This document shows, piece after piece, positions 1 to 12,500 of a stretch of 39,581 nucleotides of DNA. A program made the translations under genes and the position numbers. Every line of letters starts with the position of its first letter. The first letter of the stretch is position 1. A model generated the notes under the pieces. The model was given only the letters and a program-made list of their open reading frames with translations, was not told where the DNA came from and did no database searches. This stretch comes from Sphacelaria rigidula (Eukaryota), in the NCBI GenBank assembly GCA_964200075.2, contig CAXNAA020000011.1, positions 1 through 39,581 on the forward strand, in the 5' to 3' direction.

Positions 1-123
1 GACGTGTAGCTGTAAGCACACGCAAGGGATGGAGGTGAAGTAAAGCACACGTGGAATAGAAAAAATGACTCACTCAAAGGGAATGATCAAAGCCACTCTC
101 CATCGTATCATCTTCTCTCAATC

Positions 124-2168
124 TCACGAAAACACTGTTTCTTGTCCGTATGGCGTGCGAAGGGTATTTTCGGCGGGTATAGGGCCGGAATCACCTCCAA
201 GAAGTGATTTCTTCTCACTGTTGCCCATAGCCAACGCTGTGATGTGGTGGTAAAGTTGGGTCAGTACGGTGCTCATCAGGCACACCCACCTCTGTTGTAT
301 TGCAGCGGTACAGTTTGTTACAACCTGAGTGCGGGCAGGTTGTAATGCGGTGCGTGCGCGGAGGCAGTTGGCACCGCTGTCGAAAGCTGGCACGCACATC
401 CACGATACAAATAAGCGTGTAACGGTCTGTAGACTGGTTTCAGCGACAGGGATGGTTAGGTTTGGTTGAGCCTCCTGGACGAGACACTTACTATACACCA
501 GGACCAGAGTGCATAATGAAGCAGTAGACATTGGGAAATTTTTGTACACAATGGTTGACAGGGATAACTCCAAGATTTTAGACTCGATATAATTCTCTAA
601 AGATATATGGTTTGGGGCAGGTGAGCAGTGGACCCCGCTCGCCCAGGACGTGTTTTTGTCGAAATCGGTGTTTTTCGCGACGATTCGAAGTCTGCCAACG
701 CACACTTGGCCTAGGGGTATCTATGCACTTTCCTTGCCCGAGGGTCTTGTGCGCCTTGGGTCGGGGTTGGGGTTTGAGCTAGAGTATAGAATTTCGAAAA
801 CACTAGAATTGCCGACTTTGGCCGGAGCATTGTCACGCGTTCGAACAGTAAATATTTTCCTGCATCGAGGACACAGTAGCGGTGAAGTAAGCTTTGTAAT
901 CGTCGAACCATTCTCGTGTAATCGTCCATACGCGAGGGTCAACTATTCTACGCGGTCGACCATTTCACGATCAAACACCAAATTCCTCAATTGAAGTCTA
1001 GGTGAAGCGGGGAAATCCAATATTTCGCACGTGACCTGCGTGATCCAGCCCAAACAGTTTGACATTCACCTCGTACATCCCAAATCTCATCACACGGGGT
1101 CATGCTAACAGCGCGACCAGGCGCCCAGTGACACCAACAGCACCTTCAAGGCTCGACAAAATCAAATCTAATGGACGGCAGCAGTCATGGTATGAGCAAT
1201 ATTGAGGGTATGAATTCCTTACATTGCATGCAGCAGCAAGCAGCAGCGACGATTTCGATGGTGGCCTCGCACGTTTCGTATATATACTTACATATATATG
1301 AATGGGAAGCGTGCAACGCAAAAATATGGAAACTCTTTTGTTTCACGGACGGTCGTGAGACACACAGTCAAGCAGTTCCAACCCTCTTCAACTAACCACA
1401 CTCGTACGCAACCCCTACGGCAGAACATCCCAACCAAATACGCCACGCCGGTCACCCGTCCAGCAACAGGTATGTGTGTCTATGGTACAAAATCCGTGGA
1501 CTACGCCACTGTTGGTGGGAACACCACTCCCGTGCAGTTTAGTCTGAAATTACCGCCCTGACACGGCTTGCTGCCGGCAGCGGCTGATGCAAGAAATATC
1601 CTTGACGCTGGCAACGGTCTTTTCCACGTAAGGATTGTCTCTCCACCATGCACAACCACCATTCCATATCCCCAGCAAAAAAAACAACGCGATCAACTGA
1701 CGCATGGGCTGAACCTCGTGAAGGGATTTCTCGTGCTTCCCCGCTCACGAACCGTCATTTGTGCAACGCAGTTCAAATTCCGCCGGGGAAAAGTCGATCT
1801 CGTCCCACGCTGAATACACACATGCCACGAAAAATATGGATCGTGTAAAAATGGATAAATACACGGTAGGGAGGGGGAAAAGAGCCATCTGGTGTAGCTT
1901 GTAATTAACACACTTGTTTCTCCGAAAGTACACCTCGCTTACAGCATACCTCGTTTTCCTACGTGAGGTACTCACTGTAAACAGAGTATCCTCATCAGCA
2001 TCAAGTGTCACCGGCTAAATAGTGCAGAAAAGCGACGCACCGGGGCTTATCCAGCACGGCTGTCGCGGTCATGTCAAACAAACATTGGGGTGTTTCGGTG
2101 TCACAAACAGGATCGCGAAATCGTAATTACACTATTTGAATTTCCGTGGAATAACACCGATTGCCCAT
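124..2168 (-). other. Possible poorly conserved multi-exon gene downstream of SMT (model unresolved)
   Basis: A short exon-like segment PVTLDADEDTLFT (2014-1976) is flanked by a TTTAG acceptor and a GTGAGT donor. A possible start MGNRCYS lies at 2168, and an open frame runs 124-705. No recognisable domain. Confidence 0.2.
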
Positions 2169-2615
2169 CCTACTGACACCCTCTCCTAAAACACCACCAC
2201 TGGCGTAAAAATGGATGGAAATGCGCACAAGATTCAGGCTCCCTATGTAGGGCGCCTCCACGAGCTGAATTATAAACATCAGCGCATCAACTTGAGTTCG
2301 TGCTGTCGCAAGCATCAAGTCGAACGCGCCGAGCACAATCCACGCAACTAAACACTCGTCACCGTTTCCTCCACAAATAGCTGCAGAGCAACGTCGACAA
2401 CGAACGCATTGCCCTTCCGCGGGAAAACTAGAAACGAGCAGCATAGGCGACAGATTAATTTTAAGATGATACGTGACAGCGTACAGACCTCATGGTTTGG
2501 CCACCCCCAAGGGAACAGCACTTGCTACGAACTACAAAACTGAAACACATCGACAATTTTCGCTCGCCAATACCCTCGTCAACGTGCCAGGACCGATCAT
2601 GCAAGCATTATAAAA

Positions 2616-3544
2616 TTACTTCTTCCTGGCAGCGAAAAAGTAGCTCGGTGTGAAGATCTCGAGCTTGCCAGCGTCGACGATGTCGATCGCTGTTTTGTTC
2701 AGGAGCGTAGAGACCTTCAGACAGACAGACACAAGCATAAAAGAAGAGAGTCAAGAGCAGAACACGCAAACAGTACGTGCGCTGTTGCATGGGCATCTGA
2801 ACCCTAACCCTAACCCTACCTAACCCAATGAAATCAGCATAATTGCGGAGCAACTGTGCTCCGTCACAGACCATCACGTGCCCATCATGACCCGCCACAG
2901 AACAAGTAGAGCAACTATTCCGTGACATTAACAGTCAGCTGCTACACGTTCCCTCTACACCGCTTTGTGTACATTGGCAAGGGCTACCGCTTTCATAGTG
3001 TTGTTCCAGCTTCGAATCAAGAACCCGTTTTTTCTTTCCTTGACTCCATCAAACAAAGGCGAGATGGCGTCAACCCTCCCAGGATCCGCTGCATCAAATC
3101 AATCAAATTCGCGTCAACGACCCTGAATCCACAAGAGGCGCCGAACCAAGGAAAATAGCCAAGCCAAGAAGCGCGACGAGGCAACTATACTTACAAGCTT
3201 GCCAAAGGGGCACTTCAGCAATCGATTCAGCACCCTTGATATCTACAAGAGGTGAAAACGCGAGGTTTGACGAAGCCACCTGGGCCACAGTTTCAAGCAT
3301 CCGACGCTCGTGCTACCGAGTACACGACCCGCAACACGGTCGCTGTGAAACTGGAATATCTCTGCGTCATGACGTGGTACAGGCGGGTCTCATCACTTGT
3401 GGGTTGGGCAAGTCTGTGGCAATTCCTTACTTGGGTTTTGAACGTCAAGAAATGATTTTTTTTACAAGAGGTGCACATCGACGATTCGAACGCCACTACT
3501 CGTTCTTTTATCCTTCGGAGTTGGGGTAATTTAAATGAATTTCG

Positions 3545-3579
<35 letters not shown>

Positions 3580-6500
3580 ATCCCCAACTCCAGCATTAAA
3601 ATACAAGAGAGCAGCAGTGATGATGGCCATCAAATGGTCGATGTACATACCTCCGAATTTTTCAGGTCCTGACTCTCAAACTTCGATTGAGGAATACAAC
3701 TTGTGCAGATTCCCGTTAAAATCCTAGACATCGTTGTAAACGTTCCCCACATGTTTGCCTTGGGCATCAATTTCAAACGACAAGTTAGGTGTTGATTGAG
3801 GTATTGTCATTCTTCCCTCGTTATCATCGACGCGAATCTCAAACTTCGGGGGAATGAACACTGACTCAATTCTGTTGATTTTTGTATCAATTCGTTCCAT
3901 AACTATACGATACCGGATATGACGGCACAGTTCAACATGATAAAAGTGCCCGAATCATGGGATCAGAGAGCGCGGGGCGCGGGGCACTCCGGGGTGGTCG
4001 TCCTGCAGCAGGTAATCTACTTCTCGTGTTACATTTGCTGCTTCTCGGCCTGTTTTCCCCCAAGGCTTTTCCCTGGAGTAGATAGGGGCATCAGCTATCC
4101 CAATTTTTTGTATCACCACCGGGACATCAGTCAAATGAACGCGAGCTTCACATTACACTGTGCAAATGCTGCTGATAGCCCCCCCCCCACTGGCATGACA
4201 ACTGACGGTGAAAACTAAAAGGCACACGTACCTGAGCCGATCCCCTGGGAGCAATGCGTAGCGTCTCCAAAGTACTCACAAGCCCGTGCGTGCACACTCT
4301 GCCCAAGCGGGTCATTCGAAATCCAGACAGGCTGAAGCTCCCGCACAGGGTCTGGTACCAAGGTACTTCCATCGCGTCGTGCGTAGTTTCGTTGGCGTTG
4401 TAGGCGTATACCACCTATCCAGCAGCGGCGAAGGGCACCAAAATGTTCAAGGGTCGGGGACATCTTGGCTATTAACAGTTACAAAAACCAAACCCACGAT
4501 TTCTGGGGGCTGGTGCTCGAAAGAGAGAAACAACGTCGACCGCGGATCAAAAACGTCTCTACACAAATTTGCGCCATTCCACATGCCTGGTGTACAATGC
4601 TGTGAAGACAGCCCGGAGATTAGCTCGTATGATACGAATCATTTCATACGACCCCTGGAACTGCAACAATCTAACATCTTATATGCGCTTGTTCAGGATG
4701 GCTGGCAATAGATTATTTTCACAGCCCAAATGCGAGAGGAAGGGAACGCACTTGAGAAGGATAAAATCGAGAGATTCCGACGAAGCATTTGTAGACATGG
4801 TGCAGCATACTTGAACATTGCACATCACCTCGAATCCAGCTTCTTCGAGGTTCGCCTTGATGATGGCAGGGGTCGCTAGAGTAGGCAAACCATTCCCGAC
4901 CTCGATGCCTTCTTTCAGCCGCACGTGATCGGGGTTGCTGGCATCGTATTTGTCTGTCACCACCCATTCGTAACCTCCAAACATCCCCCCCTGCTTCAAG
5001 ACGCGACATACTTCACGGAACACTTGAACCTGAGAGACCCAATTTGAGGCGAAGGCAACCACACGCAAGGAGAGGGCGCACCGAAAAAGTATCGAGATAG
5101 GGTGGTGCGTGACCGCGGGAGTCCAGACACCGATTGTTCCACACGAGAACATGCGACATATTTTAATCACGAGTCCCACAATGGTGTAAGTGATTCAAGG
5201 CCTTTCAACACTTACTGGCGTCGAGCGAAAGGGACGACAAGCAGAGCACGCGACATGCGAAAAATATTTAGATAAAAACAAATCCGTTTCACCTTGTCCG
5301 GTGAGTGGCATGTCGCTTCAATCTGGTAAGCCGCGTCAAACTGTGCAGCCGAAAACGGGAGTGACTGGAAGTCGCCTTGGGTAGATCTGCAGCGGTCGCC
5401 CAAGCCTGCCTCACCGTTGTACTTGTTGCCCACGTTCACCTAAGCAGTAAACAGGAAAGACGTCGCTCAAGTGCATGTGCATGTTCTCAACGGCCAAGGC
5501 ATGTCAAACTTGCATCAGCTTAAAGCACGTTGCACACGGACGTTTTTTTTTTTGGCCAATGCATGCTGTCAATTGCAGATACGTGGTGGCGTTTGAGACA
5601 TCAACATACAAAATAATACCCCCCTCAATGGTCTGATGACTATGGCATGCATGATCATGAGTACACCCTCAAAGTTACCCTAGCAATGCTCACTTGTAAC
5701 AGAGTGCGAGCAAGCACCAAGAACCAAGCACCGAGCACGAGAACAATTGATGTACCTCGACATCTTCAGCTCACGTGAGAGAACGTGATTTCGTGATGTC
5801 CGTGGTCCTGTTCACATGAGGTCATTACTTTGTGCTGTCGTAACAACCGCGATTCAAAAAACATTTTCGCAGGCCATCAGCAATATTGCTCACGTACCCT
5901 CTCCAACACACGAGATAAGGCGCACCGGTTGACCATCACTCCCCAAAGCGGAGGGCGGCCGATCGATCACAGGAACGCCTTCCTCCATTTCCATCATTTC
6001 CACGTGTATACCGTTCCACTGCTCGCACTGACACTAACCTGGTATTGGTTGATTGTGATTCCCGTGATGTCGCAATCCCCGAAGACGGCGATGTTGCGCA
6101 TAGGCCCGCCTACTCCGCAGCCGACATCCAAGACCTTACTGCCTGGCCGAACCTAGATGTTCAGCATAGCATGACGTGGGAATACCGGCACTTGGGTAAG
6201 CCGTAATCGCCAAACGAGCACACGCACATGTTGAAACAGGATTATTGGCAAGAGCACCAGTGCATCTCGAAAGGGGAGGAAGGAACAAGACCAACCCAGC
6301 ACAAACGAGTCTGCCACCGTTGACGCCGTTAGTTGCTGCGGCGTGTTGTAGCATATCGACAACCCAGCACACACAACGACCACATATTGAATTTCGGTAG
6401 CTGAGGATCCGTGATCGTCGCATGAGGACTCACCACACCTTGCCACGACCATGCCGAGCGAATTGCACGACAGGGTATTCGGTTGGCGATGACTGAGGGT

Positions 6501-9500
6501 TGCGTAGGGCCGGTGCCATTTTTGCTTCTCCTTCGTAGTATTAGCTTGACTCGGTTCAACTTGAATTTAAAAATAGGGTTCTTCGACATATTTTCACTAC
6601 AGACTTCTCACGCCACTTGAAGATGAGAAAAAAGTTTCCCCGGCGATCGTTCACTCGAGGTTGGAGGGCAATGACACAAAATTACGAGAGGTGTCATCAC
6701 TAGCGGCGTTTTCATTTCGACAATGGTTTTAAGCTGAGTAAATGCAACGTAGTTTCCGTGATACCGGAATCACGTCCAACTCCCGGATGAAGGAGTAAAA
6801 ACACCGCTCGTGATGCCCCTCGAATGGCCGATGCGCCCTCCTCCTTGAAACCCAAGGTCTCAACTCTCAAACCTCGAGTGGACAATTCAATAGAGGTAGA
6901 TCTCCAAGGGTGTGATTATTTTCCCTGCCAACCCTCTCGGCCATAACTTTCGCATGGCGATGAGTTACGAGCTGGGCCAGCCGAGAGGCGTATTTGTCGG
7001 TTGCAGGCTCATCGCAAGGTCAATATTTAGAGTTGGATCCTGAAATTTGGTATGGACAATGAAAAAGGAATAATAAAAAACAACCACCAGTGCACACAAG
7101 TTTTTTTCTTTCTTTCATGAGTTGGGGCGTTGTACTGATACCGAAAAACTGATTATTGCCCTCAACTCATGAAAGGAATAAAGAGCCTTGTGTGCACTAG
7201 TAGCTGTTTTCATCATGCCCCATTCATTGTCCATATCGAATTTCATGGTCCAACTCTAAATACTGGCTGTGCAACGGGCCGTTTAGTGACGGGGTCAGAA
7301 AAATTCGGAACAGTATTTTGCATGCCACTCACCGGCCCAAGCTCGGTGTTTGTGTATTGAAACTTTGTGTGGGCCGTAGCTAGGGCATCATTGATGAAAC
7401 AAAGTGGGTCGGGTTTTTTTCTTTCCTTCACTGATTTAAGGCGTTTTCGGATGGAAACCGTCAGTGTTCTACGAGATCGCCCGAACTTCTCCCAAAAAAA
7501 CCGAGGGCCCATTTTTTTCATTCAGCATAACTGTGGTTCCTTATCCTCAGTTTCAAATCATAATTTTACAAGTTCAGCTCAAGAAATCGAGATGAGGCCC
7601 GAAAGCAGTGTTACTCCTCCTAAAAAGTGCGCCAAAAACTCGAAAAAATGAAAAAAACTAAAAAATTGAAAGAGCCGTGTTTTCAAGCTTTACTATGCAC
7701 TAGCGGTTCTCCATACGAAATTTCGTTGCATAACTCTCGAAAACTAAGACGCGATATCCAGGTTTAGTTCATCTAGTGCATCCGCTCGTAGTATCCTGAT
7801 TCTAGTATGGAGACCTATGTGCGCCATATCTCGAGATAGATTACGAATTGGGTGGGGGTGAGGGCATCTATCGTCGCCCCGTGCTCCAGGGAATGCCCAC
7901 ACCAAAATTCGCCATCCGCCGAATCCATCGATCGGGGGTTTCACAGAGATTCTAGTATGGACGCTATCTCCGTTAGGTGAAGGAACTACTAGGCATGGGG
8001 TATAATCAACGAGAAAATATGGGCGCAAACTTTTGCGCAGATGGGCACCCTCCCCATGATTGTGGCCCAACTCGTCCGTGTCTAGGTTGGCCCAGCTTGT
8101 AGGAGCCAAATCAGATATCCTTGTTCTTGCCTTCATGTCAGCTACACGTCCACAGATTTTCAGCGCATTAGGACAAGAATTGGGCACCTTTATCTGTTGT
8201 ATCACATCGCCACCAACGATGTGTACCGCCACCAGACCTGTAATTGGTGTCCCAGAATAGTGTGAAATGAAAGTGCATAGAGGGTCAATCACTACACGGC
8301 GCACTCCAGGTTGGCTATACGACTGCAGGGAACCCAGTTGTGTTGCTTTTTGCTGTTGTGCGCCCTATTTAGACTGGAGAAATTCCTTTCGGTCGAGTAG
8401 TGGGGACGGACCTGTAGTCAGGTAGCTGATGAATGACGTTAGAGCTCAATTAAATGTACGCCACCACACACCAGCCCGCATACACCAACAAGTTTCCACG
8501 AAGAGAAAGGCCAGCGGTCACTACACTTGAAATCCGTTTCATCAAATAGTTCTCAACGAATGTGCGCTCGAACAGACTCACACTGCTGCATACTGGATGC
8601 CGACCGACGCAGTGCATATCCACTCACCTCGATGCGGCTCGCCAACACGTACTCTGCACGCAGGATAGACTCGTGGAAGGTTTCACCCTTACGGCGTGGC
8701 GCAAAATGGAAGGATTGCCCCCATCCCCACTCGTAAAAGTCCGTGACCAGGTTGTAAAAGCTGGTGAAAAAGGGGCCACAAGGTACAATATTAAGGCCAT
8801 AAGGCCGGCAGAGAGAGCGGCAAATCTGTTCATGTGTAAAATGGCACTATCATAGCTAGTCCAACTAAATATATTTGCGGAACTTCGCGTCGGGACATTT
8901 GGTGATGCTCTTTTGCGTGGTGGGTGTGGTACTGCCTCCGACACTGCCCATGTCGCATGCACTGCGCATGAACATGGTCCACCAATCAAATACATCCTGC
9001 ATTTCGTACATACGAGGTACATCACACTGCTTTCAGAAACATCCATCGCCATGGCTCGGCACACGAAGCGCGCCGTCACGTATCTCGCTCGAGCCTAGGA
9101 TAATTCACATGTCACGACGGCCGTGGAGGAACACTAGAGTAGATACTCTACACCATTTCTACACAGTAATACTCCAAGAACGCATGGTCACTGAGGAGAC
9201 TGGTACGCGCTGTAGGCGGCTGCATGCGAACACTCCTCACCTGTTCACCATCTTCTGATACTCTGTCTGCCGCTTCTTGATACTTTCTTCCGTCGTGATG
9301 GCGCCGTGCTGTTGATTTTTAAAGCCAACGCGAAGGTTATATCAATATGGTGGCAATTCAACCGCGATGGACGGGGAATGTAGATGAGACATTTGGATGA
9401 GGCGTTCCCGCTGTCGAGGGCGGGCATGCACGTGAACAAGCTACATATTTTTCACGTCTGAACGACACAAATAGGACTGAACGCCACTACTATTTATAAG

Positions 9501-12500
9501 ACCTTGCTTCGGATACGAGATGGGAACAGAGTGCATATACATGGGAAGTAGGAAAAGGGGTGGGCAACGGTGGACATTTTTTACAACATTTGGAATGACC
9601 TAGGGATGGAGTGCTTGCGAAGATACACTGTGTATGCCCACCCTCGTGCATGCCCGCCTGCAACCATCAATGTGAGCTTCCAAATACCATTACATTTTGG
9701 GTGCTTCCAACAATCGTTGTCATCGCACGGAACATGAGTCACAGTATCGCAACCTCGCTGAGGCTTGCCAGACCTTAAACTTCGGCGGCACATAGGTCGT
9801 TGACGACCGGATAACACAGCGCTCGTGAATGAGCTTGCGCCCTGCCTGTCCCATAACAATGAGTCCTGTGCTGCTTCGCGCAGACGGCCGAGAATGTTAC
9901 ACGGTTCGGATGAATCAGAGGTCATACGGGTGGACTCCCCATTAAACGTTGAATGCGAATCATGTACCAAATCATCATCCGGTATGAATCACCGATCGTG
10001 AAGTTGTACGTTCAATATCATACAGCACGAATCACGAACTCGGAACATGTACACTCCAAGGAGTATCAAACGAACCGAGAGTACAACATATGTACGAATT
10101 ACAATTCCCGGATGAATCCTGGGTGAGAAAAATGTACATATGATTCGTCACGTATGAATCAAAGGTAGGAAAAATGTGCGTATGATTACTGTTGCATGAA
10201 CGGGAAATGGGAAGCATGTACGTCGGCAGGTTTTCGTACAATATATCATCCTCAAAACACAGTGCCCAAATCAGTGCTAGATGGTGTTATCGGGCGAAAC
10301 GAGTAAATACACTGTTCATCAGGAGGGTGTTATCGACCGTGAAACACAGATTTTCGGCTCTAGTGCAATGAGTAGGCAGAATTTCAAAAAAATGTATCTG
10401 TATATATTTTCATAAATTTGATCGGGACAAGCTCGATCGACTGAAAATACCGAAGAGTAAGAGTCTGGGCTGAAACGTTGCAGGACCCCCGATGACCGGT
10501 CAGCCCTTAAGGCACTCAGTATTGAGTACAGATTTTTTTTTCTTCTTGGAATGTGGAGCGGATACAAATATCTTCGGATCCCCAATGTCATGAGCGGTGG
10601 CAAGCGAAAAGAGCCCAATAAATCGCCAATTACGAAGAAATCACAAAATGCCTTAACATGGATAGTGAGACCGCCCACTACTGTGTGATTCACCCTAAAT
10701 GAACGGAAAATGGGAAAAATGTACCTGTGATTCACCTTGTATGAAAGGAAGGGGAAGAACGTGTGCCGATGACTCATACGCTGCATGGATGAACGGGGAG
10801 ACACATGTACGCTTGATTCTGTGTATGAACGCAAGGTGGAAAACATGTACATGAATCACATAATTCATGCTCCATGACTCAAAGGAACACAGAGCAGCTG
10901 TAATAAAACAATCAATTCAGGCACACCGATGTGTGCCCTGCCATGCTGTACTGTTCTGTCCGCGGACTGCAACGTACACTCCCGTATTTTGCCAGTTTTG
11001 CCGAAAATTTCAGCGAGCATGCGGGGGCGACTCGTACTGGTGCTGTATTCTTTGCAAATGTTCGTGGTACTACTACATACAGTATTTTCAGGTCAACTGT
11101 ACCGTACAACATAACATAAAACCACAAAGGCTGTCGTGAGCATAGCTCGGAAAGAGAAACTTACTAGGAAGATCGCTCGGGGCCCGCAGGCGCATGTGGT
11201 ACGATAGTTGATGTGTTACGTGAGTACAAAATTGAAATTGTTGTCATTGCGGATTTGGTTCTTGTGGAGTTCGCGACGTGTACGCGCGCTCATTTGCCCA
11301 TCCCACCTGCGAAAAGGGCCGCGCCATCGAAGAGTCGCACCTCATGATATGACATGTGAGAAACAACATAGTTATATCATACGAGCAGAAGCCGGGGAAC
11401 GTGCACGTATGATTCACGCTGATTACCGAGTTGTATCCCCCCCCCAAAACCATTTTTTTGTAACAGAATATGACCGCTCTCCCCTCTAGTGCGCACAGCT
11501 ACAGCACACAGCACCAGACGTGGCGACGTGGGACTGTTGACTGTGGTTCGCACAGCATATGAGCGAAGTTTCAGCGCCTCGCAGCGGCTATAGCGCGCGT
11601 CATTAACTGCCAACCTTTTCAGACTGTATGCCAATCGGTACCCTACAGATGGTCATGATCCAGAAAGGGTCCCCGTACAGACCAGTGTCAGCTCGCTACT
11701 ACATCGGCCGCCCAGCCTCTCAACATGACTAAGTTGATGCATCTGCGCGTACATGTATGTTTTGACCCGTAGCGCGCAAAGTCTCAGCTGCTGTTCAGCC
11801 GATTTGAGGGCGCATGGACCGCATTCCCCGAAATCTCTCTTGGCCATGTAGGAAAGTCTGGGGGCTCAATCCCGTGGATGCCTCGCACATATTGGCCGAC
11901 AAGTGCGCAGAGCTTCATGATGGAGCGCGCGGTCGCGGGCGAGAAATCAACAAGCAAAGTTGCACTGGAAATTGCGAGTTTACCGTAGGGAAGTATCACA
12001 GGAACCGTACCGAGCGTACCCCCAGTATTTACCGGGGTAATCGTGGTTGTTATGCGTGGGTATCGTAGGTATGGCATTTGAAAAATACCCGATTGGGCAG
12101 GTGTGGCAGGTACCGGTATCTCGAAATACCGTGGAATCGTACGTATCGTAGGTATGACATTTGGAAATACCCGATTTGGTCGGTATCGGTAGGGGATGGG
12201 ATGTCCCAAGTACCAGTGCTGGGTACCTGCCTTGCCCTCTGTGCCAGTTCCAAAACGGTCATCCGGCAGTGCGGGGAAAGCGTTTCAGGCCGTATGTCAG
12301 CACTTTTCTCTCTGATCGAAAAAATGGGGCAGTGGAATTGATTTGAGCGAAAATTGCTCATTTATCCAAAGTTGGTTCGAAGTGAATTTCGAGCTTTCGA
12401 TCGAAAAAAGACTGGAATCAATGAAACGGTACATGTTCACTCGTGTACAGTGGAGTCTGTACTGTCTGCACTGCTTGCAAGCAGCGTCTTGAGTGTGTGT

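Noticed and set aside
2800-2826. A true chromosome end
   Set aside because: The tract is only 27 bp and lies inside an intron with coding exons on both sides.
7744-8304. 186-aa minus-strand ORF in SMT intron 4 as a nested gene or transposase
   Set aside because: It has no ATG start and no recognisable motif, and it lies partly in repeat-like DNA.
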